This document shows positions 54,805-64,000 of a DNA stretch of 64,000 bases, piece after piece (the stretch's first letter is position 1; every line of letters starts with the position of its first letter). The stretch is from NCBI GenBank assembly GCA_964057225.1, contig OZ059897.1, forward strand, positions 16,430,001 through 16,494,000, read 5' to 3'. Made by a program: the position numbers and the translations under genes. The notes beneath the pieces are model-generated. The model was not told the DNA's origin. It ran no database searches and saw only the letters and a program-made list of their open reading frames with translations. Origin of the DNA: Auanema rhodensis (taxonomy: Eukaryota > Animalia > Nematoda).

Positions 54805-55024
54805 AGATAGAAACTTCTAGAAACTTTTTAACATTTGAAATAAGAACATGCCATATAGTATACGTATATACATATGTAGACATACTACATTCATAATATG
54901 CTTATATTAGTCTTTAATCCTTATAATTTTAAAGATATAATATATTATATAAGTATTAATATTTAAATTAATATAACATGAATATTAATATGCATACCTT
55001 TCTTCTTCTTCTTCTTCTTCTTCT

Positions 55025-55088
<64 letters not shown>

Positions 55089-56257
55089 ATTTATAATATA
55101 TATTATATATTTGCTCTTCTTGTGAAGTCAGATATACTATGACGGTTAACTTTCAAATATTTTCTTATTTTTGAAGAAAAAAACTATTTGATTTTATATT
55201 TTAATAATAATATATGTATATAAATGAATTGAAGAATTTTCTTATAGCTCATTATAAATCTTAATTACTCTTATATGAATAATTTTTGAACTGCTTCTAT
55301 ATAATATTAACTATACTAATTATATGAAGTTTTTGATGAAGTTAAGCAGATATAGTAAATTAAGCTTTTCATTTGATTATTAAAATATTCTTTGAACCCA
55401 CAAATATATAAATATTTCTTCTCTAAAAGCAATGGTACATAATGAAAGTATTTATTAAATCTACATCCGTTGGTCATTCATTTCCTCTCTTCGTTTATTT
55501 ATCCAAAATATCCTCAATTCAGTATTTTTTTCGTATTACACATGTATCTATTTACTATATGATATATAGCTGACCATCTTAATATATTATGTGTATATAC
55601 ATATAAAGAAAAATGGTTTACTATACATATATCATATAGTAAATATAATATATAAACTATGTATACGGTATAGAAAAATAGAAATGATTTCTTAAGTACC
55701 ATTTATATATCCTAAATTTATTTTAATCAGATAGTTAATGAGATCGTGAGACATATACAAATCTATGAAGACAGCAAGTTTGCTTGTCCTTTTTCAATTC
55801 AATTTCACTAATAACTCTACCTCTTATGACACTCCTTTATATAACATACTTTCTCTTATATGTCGTTCAGGCAACTTTCTGTTATTCCTTTATGGCATTT
55901 AAATTGGAGATTCTAAGTACAAGCTTACATATCCCATCATTCTTTTTTCATTCTAGCCTCCTCCTCTTCGCTTACATTCTTTAATTTTTCTTTTTTCTTC
56001 TTACAATCTTCACATATCACAGCCTTTGAAGACTAGAAAATTAAAAATTTCTTTCAAAACCATATTGAGATTCAATTTCGGAATACGTTTCTGGGAATTA
56101 CTTCAAGACTTCCTCTACCCCTCCTTCTTGTTAGATCAATACCTATTTCGTAGTCATCCGAACGAATTTTTTCCATTAAATATCAAAACTTCTTCAAGTG
56201 ATTCCTCGGAAGTTTCAAGTGAGCAAGCTACTTTACTGAACAAGAAATTCTTTGCAA

Positions 56258-56297
<40 letters not shown>

Positions 56298-57941
56298 ATC
56301 TACCTCAGCATATATCTTTAAAGTTTTAATAAACATTGTATTTTATATTTTATTTATTAAATTTTGAATTACTAAAAATTCCTACTTTTAAGCTTATTCT
56401 GCTTTGCCAACATCATTCGACATGTACTCTCATTTTCAGATTCTTCAATATAAAATGCTAATATAACTTATAAACTTTCATCATTATTTTTTTCGAACAA
56501 GCAAAGTATCAATGCTCATATTATTCTTTTTTTTTTGTTCTTTTTCTACTCTAATATGTCGAATATATTAGAATATCTCCAACTTGATAAAAAATTCTAT
56601 TCAAATTACCTTCGAAACAATTTAATATCTCCGATTAAGCTTTAAAATATTAAAAAAAGTGATGAGGACAACATTCAAAGTGGATGATTCTTTTGATACA
56701 TGCCAAGTCACGTCACAATACTTGTGCTGTCTTCACATGACAACATCTCTATATAATATGTATATGTATGTATATTATGTTGTCGTCTCAATTGTCAAAA
56801 GTAGAGAAACAATTCTATTCTCATTCCCCTTTTTTCTGTTCTTTTACATTGAAAGGAGAAGGGGAGTTTTTGAAAGTTTTGGTATTTCCTTCTGTTTTCA
56901 ATATTTTGGATTTGAAACGTGTCGTGATCAGAAAACAAAACTTGGATTAACGTGCTATTCTTCAGACTTATTCAGAATTTTTTTCCTAATTTTTTTTTCA
57001 TCATCAATATAAAATTGTAAAATTTCATAAAATCTCAAAACAAACAAAGAAAAGTTCATTTATATTTTAACTAAACATAAACTTTGTGAGAAAGAAATAT
57101 TTAATGTTTGAGCAATTTCTACTTAAGAAAATATTTCTTTGATAAACTCTTTTTATACTTTGATTGTTTCATTATAAAATTTTAAGAAGATGATTTTCTC
57201 ATAAATGAAGAAAACAAATATTTCTTTTGAAAGATTGAAGGAACAAGCATACTTTATATTCATAAATAGTATATATATCATTGATTGCCTTCTTCTAAAG
57301 AATGTTCAGTCCATTTTTTTCTTCCAATTCTTCATTCATTTTAGTATTCTGTGTCATTTTTATTATGTTTTTTGTTTTTTTTTTCTTTTTTTTTTGTTTC
57401 AAAGAATTTTCTATTTTACATTTATAGCTTTAAAATTCACACGAAAACACATGAGTTCCGTATTGCAATCCCACAAATTTTTGCACTTTTCACGAAGCAG
57501 AGGCTGATGAGGTCAAGGTCCTTTAGAAGTTATATTCTACCCCCTCAATCGCATGATAAGTTCATGCTTGAAGCTTTTATTTCACTTTTGATAGAAATAG
57601 CCTAGTTTTCCAGCCCGATCTTTCGCTAAAGCAGTATCATATAGTTAACTGAACAATTTCCTAAGTGTTCATAGATATGTATATAAAAATGTTTCTATAT
57701 GTATATATACTTATATATCTTCCATTCTTTTACATATGTATGTACTTAGTTCTTTCAATTCATTTATCATACATACATTCTAAACGACATAACTAATCTA
57801 TCTTTCTACTTCAATTATGACTTAACAATGTGCTTCAGCTCATTGCTCAATTCTTTGGAATAGAAATCTTTTTTAAGATTATAAAACATTTAAATCGTAT
57901 GATATATACACTTCGTTTAGTTAGCTAGTTAGCTAGTTATA

Positions 57942-57998
<57 letters not shown>

Positions 57999-59245
57999 CT
58001 AGCTAACTAAAATATTAGGTATACAATCTAAAGCTAATACTAGCCATATTCAGAATTCAGCATAGATTCTCCTTGACAATCTCAAATTACAATCTGCTTA
58101 TGTTCCAAAGCCAATTATTCGGCTCGTGTACCTGAAATGATAGTAAACGCGAGAAATTTGCATTTTTTTTGCTCAGTACACTAACTAGTTAATATGAATT
58201 CTTATTATATTTTACTACTAACTATTCATTCATACATAGAAATATATTTTTTATTCACGTATATCTTTATTATTACAACAAATATTATATATTTTAAGAT
58301 AAACTATATCTCTTTTCATTCATGATCAAATTTCATTGTTTTTTATTTCAGATGACAATCGAACAACCCGCTGTTCCCACTCCTGACGCTACTCTATTAA
58401 CTGATTCTAACGCTAATGACATGGCTAATCTTTTATCAAGCTCTGAAGACACATTGGACTCATTAGATATGATTGAAAGACATTTCGAGCCTGCATTCGA
58501 TCAACTAGGAAGCAGCCGTCTTCAGAATATCCTTGAGATGGATCTTCCGCGTCCCAAGGCTTTGATGTCACATCACGGTTATGAAGTCGGCCAAGGAGCT
58601 GTTGCTGGTATATTCCATATAATATAATGTTTTACAGTAATTTTTTGCAGGTGGTGCTGTTGCTGTTGTAGTCGTTGTGTGTGTTGGTTTTCTTCTAGTT
58701 CTCCTTGTTCTGGGTGTTTTAAAAATGAGAGATACTCCAGTTCCTCGTCGACGAAAGGGCAAACGACAGGTAAATTTTTAAAAAATGGATAAGCTTTATT
58801 AAATATATATGAGTATTTTGCATTCATAATATATTATTTTTAAGATTGTACCAGATGATGGCTTGCACTGGGATGATAGCGGAATGAATATTACTGTTAA
58901 TCCATTGGATGACATCGAAAAGCATAAAATGGAAGATGATGATGAAGAATACAGTGAAGAAGATGTAAGCTCTGATGGTGAAAGGTAAGAGAGATTCAGA
59001 TGATTAACTAATTCTTAATTCTCGTTCTTTATCCAAACTCGTACTTATTCATTTGCTTTCAGTGAATGCTCATTCAGAGAAGAAGAAGTCTCAGACGAAG
59101 AAGAATGTTCTGAGGTTAGTGCTTCTGAACTATGTTTAAAAATCTAAATTTGCAGGTTTTGCCACATCTTGAGGGACCTCGCTCTGGTCTCGAATGGGAT
59201 GATGAAGCAGCTCTTGCTCCGAATTCCAGATCTTATCGTGTTTAG
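43001..59245 (+). CDS. casy-1: Calsyntenin (cadherin repeats, LNS/LG domain, TM, acidic tail), 26 exons
   Basis: Exons: 43001-43073, 43441-43545, 45722-45822, 46340-46428, 46880-46965, 47012-47139, 47758-47918, 47981-48160, 48218-48289, 48392-48453, 48501-48608, 49066-49187, 49236-49322, 49367-49426, 49473-49569, 49618-49790, 49837-49926, 49979-50141, 50202-50350, 50405-50461, 50697-50801, 58352-58607, 58651-58769, 58845-58984, 59063-59114, 59156-59245. They encode a signal peptide, the cadherin motif KDTNNHVPEFD, MNRHHFSVYLRHCKLEV, RNPEILDDWPLHK, LEMDLPRPKAL, the TM GAVAVVVVVCVGFLLVLLVLGVL, W-acidic motifs LHWDDSG and LEWDDE, and the C-terminus RSYRV*. From recall these match C. elegans CASY-1. 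Confidence 0.97.
51234..51292. repeat. (CT)n microsatellite in the casy-1 large intron
   Basis: Directly visible. Confidence 0.92.
55000..55086. repeat. Compound (TTC)n-(CT)n microsatellite
   Basis: Directly visible. Confidence 0.95.
57916..58011. repeat. Inverted repeat (TAGTTAGCTAGTTAT / ATAACTAGCTAACTA) enclosing a (TA)n tract
   Basis: The arms at 57926-57940 and 57995-58009 are exact reverse complements, and the core is a self-complementary AT repeat. Confidence 0.9.
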
Positions 59246-59887
59246 ATCATCCATTATATTATTTGTAAGAATCTGTATTTGGATTTCTACTATCTCTATT
59301 GACATACCGAACATTCCTCGTCGAACATTACATTTTCCATTCCATTCTCAACTGTTTTTTTATTATTTTTTTCAGTAAAAATCAATTGGAAATGTAAACT
59401 TCTTTACTCTTCTTTTCGTCTATTTCTTTTATTATTTTTACATAATATTCTTTATGATTTAAAAATAATGTTCTCTTAAGTGATCTCATTTCACATGTAA
59501 ATTTGAAATATTTGAAAATCTTGTCAAAATATTTAAGACAATCCTTTAACAACTAACAACATCCTCTACGAAAAAAAAAGATTCTTTTTATAAATTTTTC
59601 TATCCTATTTAGATTCTATATAACTTTTATAAATATATATGTATACTATATCCGATGTACTTTTTATTATATTAGCAAATGTTTTTTCCTACCGTTTTCA
59701 ACAGAAACAGAGTTCTGTCAGACTCAAACATGATGATATCTTCGGAATGGAATGTTTATGATAGAATTACCGTTAATTTCTCTATAATCAGATCAGAAAT
59801 TTCCAAAAAACAACATTTTCACACAAATTTTTCACACCAAAAAAAGTTTAATGAAAATACTTTGTAATTTTTTTCTTTCGTTACTAC

Positions 59888-59893
59888 AATAAA
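59888..59893 (+). terminator. Candidate polyadenylation signal (AATAAA) for casy-1
   Basis: AATAAA ~640 nt after the stop codon, followed by U-rich sequence and lying before the convergent TTC38 3' end. Confidence 0.45.
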
Positions 59894-60152
59894 CAATTCT
59901 GTTAATTTATTATTTAATTTATATATATATATATATATATTATTTATTAATTTATTAAAAAGAATAACTGATAATAATAAGTATATTATATTTAAAAATA
60001 TTACTGAAGTTTATAAATAAATTATATCATATAGTTATCATAAGATATACATTTATATATGTATTTATCTATGACTAAATGTAAATAAAATTAAAAGAAA
60101 TATTATTTAATTAAAATTATATTAATCTTTATTAATATTCACAAAAATATTT

Positions 60153-62696
60153 TTAAATTCCATGTCTTTCTCTGAACTTTTTCTCAAGTTGTTCTCCTAC
60201 AACACAACGTCCAGTGCGAAGTTTTTGTCTTTCTTGCAGAAGAGTTCTAAAGTAAAAAATTAAAAAAAAATTTTTTTTGAAATGTTCTTACGGTGTTAAT
60301 TTCCATAATTTTTCTGAGTCTGATAAAATACATGATTCAATAAGAATCTGATTGAATAAATCTCTCTGTAACACATAAATATTTGAAATTTGATAAGTAT
60401 TGATATACCTGAGCATGACTTCCTCCTACATGATAGATATTCTCACGTACAGGGAACAGCTTTTTAATTGCATTATCATACTCTTCATTACAGTAATCAA
60501 CCATTCCTTCATAAAGTGATAAACCAACTTTTTCATAAAGCTCTGTTGTTGTGTTACATCGACTTCTAGAATTTTGTAATTACATACTAAAGAAAAACGA
60601 AAAATATTTTTTTTTCAAAAGTGGTAAATATGCGAATTGAATAATAGTAGAGAAATAAAGAGATTTTGAATGTATTTAGTATTTTGGGGCAATTACAAGT
60701 CTTCACAATGATGCACAAGTTTTCTATTTTAAAATTTTTAATTTCAAAAATAGAAAACAACTTCTTTCTGTCGTTCACACACTTTATGACAACGTGAATT
60801 GACAACACTTAAGTAATGTATGAAACATACTTGGTGAAGGTGATCATAGAATCATGCATCTTTTTTTCTGTTTGTAAATCGTTTTGACGAATAAATAATA
60901 TTCCTAAATGGGCATCATTGAAAGGAGTTATATGATCAGATACATGTGATGTCATTACAGGTAGTTTAGACCATCTAAAATTATTATATAATGAATAACG
61001 AATATATATAATTAACATACCTGTCTTCAACATCAATACCTAATACTTCTAAACGTATCAGAAGTGAAACTGCATCATCGACGTCAAGAATAGAACCTCT
61101 TGCTGAAGCACGTTGTGATACTTCCCTAAAATAAAAATTACTGTTATATGTCTATGAGATTCGTTTGACATACAAATCAAAAATCTTTAAAGCGTTTTCA
61201 ATATTTCCACACTCAATACTAAACAATGCTTTATGCCAATAGTTATGTGTTGCTATTAACCATCCTGGCTTGAATATATAATTTTCTTCAAGTATAATAG
61301 AATATAACAAAAACTTACCACCCAGTCTGATGACGTATCATCAAGAAATTGTAAGCCCTCTTCGTACCGTCCATTCATTTCCATCACATGTGCTCGAGCA
61401 TGAGTAGCCCAACAATCATATCTATTCAGACTTAATGCCTAAACTTGTTCGTACAATTTGACAATAAAACTTTTTTTATTCAAACATACAACTAAAGCCT
61501 CTTCTTCAGCTTCTTTATAGTCTCCACATTCTTCATAACCGAATGAAAGCATTCCATGAAGATAACTATAGCATGGTTCTGTTTTTTTCCATTTTGGCAT
61601 GACATTCTTCATAGAATCACGAAGATTTTTAGCATCTCCCATAAAGAAATAAGCTTCATGTACAAACTGAAAATTTAAAAAAAAATTTGCTTTGTTCGAG
61701 AATGTTCGACTTGACCATTAATCAGAAACATACTTTTAGTGCTAAAAGATCAGTAGGATGTTCCAACAAAATTTCTTCCCAAATCTCTGCAGCAGCAGTG
61801 AAATTTCTAAAAATTAAAAAAATTCAAAATGTTAGAGTAGTCTGGGATAAACTATCAGGATATTAAAATAGTATTCAATTAATTTTAAATGATTCATTAC
61901 TAAAAAATTTAAAAGGTTAAATGAATCATAACAAATTACCCATCCACCCATTGCCTCAAAGCTCTGAAATGATGTTTCTCCCATTCTGTTCCAAATTTGT
62001 TACAATCAATCTGAAAATTTTGTTTGTATTCGAAATCGTTTTTTTTAATGGGTTCCAAGTTTGTTGACTGAACCCCAAAAAAGTCTAATAAGTGAGTCAT
62101 ACTTCCAATTCTTTCATGTGTTCTCGAAGAATGGCATTTACACGAGCTGATGTTCCAGTTCCCATAGTTTCCAATCCATATTTGAAAATTCTAGCCATAA
62201 CTAAATAGTTTAACAATTCTCATTAGAAAATTTGTTTTTACAAATTATTTTTTTATTTATTTCAGTGTAAAGTACAATTAAAATTTCCTGAAATTCATTA
62301 AACAACAGTTTTTTCATAATTTATAATTTCCCGGTTTTAAACATTAAAAATTAAATAATTTCAAAAATATTCTAGACATACTTGATGTTGGATCAGCCTG
62401 CATAAGGTTTGTCATTGTATTAATTAAGCCACCAAGTTTATCACAATCAGTCCATGATACAACTTGACGCAGCAATCCATCGTATTGACGACAACTTTCA
62501 TCGGAAGGAGTTGAAAAGTGCATTCCTTCTTCTTTCCATGCCTGAAATAGTCGAAATTCTTCGTATAATCCATAATGATTCACAATTTATGAGAAGCCCA
62601 AATTTAAGTTTTTGAGTAATTAACTTTAAACAAAAGAATAATTAATTTCTATATCACCTGGATATTTCTCAGATTTTCTGCACACCATGTAGCCAT
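60153..62696 (-). CDS. TTC38: Tetratricopeptide repeat protein 38 (TTC38)-like, 13 exons
   Basis: The spliced product is MATWCAENLRNIQAWKEEGMHFSTPSDESCRQYDGLLRQVVSWTDCD...[27 protein letters not shown]...YSYLHGMLSFGYEECG...DCWATHARAHVMEMNGR...THNYWHKALF...PFNDAH...VGGSHAQRDLF...RERHGI*. These are characteristic TTC38 motifs. The ATG lies 4 nt after a TTTTAG acceptor (likely trans-spliced). Confidence 0.93.
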
Positions 62697-63884
62697 TTTT
62701 CTAAAAAAAATATTTGCACCTTATAATAATTGTTAATACAAGAAAATGAGAGAAACACTAAACAAGAGAAATTTTCTGAAATGATTTGAAAATGAATAGG
62801 AAAAAAGTTGTTTAATGTAGGTAGTTCAATACGTTCCACTTAATCTTTTAAATTGATAGTTTAGCTTTTATTTTACTATATTTCTTCTAAATTTATATTC
62901 AATTTCATAAAAATTTGATTTCTTAATGCTATTGTTCTCTCACTCCCCCCCCCCTCTTATTCGTTCATGTTCATTGAATTTTTTTTTCCTTTCAATTTTT
63001 TTTTGAAATTCAGGTCATGTTGCCTCTCTCATTTCATCATCAATGACAGCCTAGAATTTCCGGGATTGGCTCCTCTTTGTCTGATCCGATTTTTTTGTGA
63101 AAGTGTTCAAGACAATAATTAGAAAATACCAAAACGAACGTGATCATGTTCTTAAGAAAAAAAATTCTATCTCCTCTCGTAGAACTTCTCTATACTATAC
63201 TCTTTCTTTCTCACTTTCTTTCTCTTTCTCTCAACCTCTCTCTCTATCAATCTCTTTCTCTCTTTCCTTTTCTTCCATCCGAATTTACGCAAGCATCTAC
63301 ACATATACTACATTTCCATCTCTTTTCCTTTTTTTCTGTGCATGTTTCATGTCGTACCTTATTTCTCTCTTCCAAGGAAATTGTTTAATTCCGATAAAAT
63401 ATCAGTTAGAGTAGAGTAGCTTTGTCTGAAGTTTGACGAGAATAGTGTTTTACACTATAAAAGAAAAAAAAGAAACTAAGCGAAAGAAAAAGAGAAAAAA
63501 GGTAATTGAAATAGTTCGCAAGCATAAGAGAATTATAATGAGGGAGAGTGAAACAGAGATAGATTGAGAGAGAGAACTGATAGGAGAGAGAGGAGGACGG
63601 CAGAGAAAGAAAGAGAGAAGAGGGCTAGTTTGTGCTTTATGGCGTGAAAGATGGGCGGAGTTTGTTCGTCTACGGCTACTTCTGAATCATTTTTCTTAGC
63701 TGCAAGGTCCATACCGAAAACAGTCTGAACATAAACATATCTCTCTGGAATTATTTTGTGTTCCTTATATATTGTCTCAATCTCTCAGAAATACAACTTT
63801 TTCAAAGTTTTTTTTCTACATACATCTTATAACATTCATCCTCTATATCTTTATTCCTAGACGAGTAAATTAAAATACAAGACT

Positions 63885-63961
63885 ATGGCTAAGACAGTAA
63901 AATGGAACCAATTTCTCAGCATATATATTTTATTTTTTTTAGTTCTTGTTAGCTATGTTAG
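63885..63961 (+). CDS. First coding exon of a gene running out of the window (signal peptide or TM segment)
   Basis: MAKTVKWNQFLSIYILFFLVLVSYV is followed by a consensus AG|gtaagt donor. A ttcctag acceptor ends at 63860. The exon is divergent from TTC38. Confidence 0.6.
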
Positions 63962-64000
63962 GTAAGTATGACCTTTTCAATGTTTCTTTTTCTTAAAAGC

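Noticed and set aside
1-64000. CRISPR arrays, transposase or RT ORFs, rRNA, known miRNA hairpins
   Set aside because: None were recognised by eye. A covariance-model or RepeatMasker search would be needed to exclude small or degenerate elements.

Overview
This is eukaryotic, very AT-rich, intron-dense DNA. It looks like a rhabditid (clade V) nematode: TTTCAG-type acceptors, many 41-60 nt introns, and a calsyntenin very close to C. elegans CASY-1. Almost all entries in the supplied ORF track are artefacts, so I built the genes by splicing exons by hand. In order they are: (1) a 3-exon secreted, neuropeptide-precursor-like gene (-, 438-1459); (2) a ~22-exon divergent neprilysin/M13 metallopeptidase (-, 6850-14703, possibly with a longer N-terminus from 16133); (3) a second 3-exon small secreted-protein gene (-, 20847-21488); (4) ~21 kb with no confident gene but with regulatory-looking motifs, including a perfect RFX X-box; (5) 26-exon calsyntenin casy-1 (+, 43001-59245); (6) a 13-exon TTC38-like gene (-, 60153-62696); and (7) the first exon of a signal-peptide gene cut by the window edge (+, 63885-63961). 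The most interesting hypothesis is a neural peptide-signalling neighbourhood. Two small secreted peptide genes that I do not recognise flank a neprilysin with a rewritten substrate-binding motif, and bantam/miR-58/80-family seed sites occur in the 3' regions of three genes. I found no prokaryotic features, CRISPR array, rRNA or convincing tRNA.
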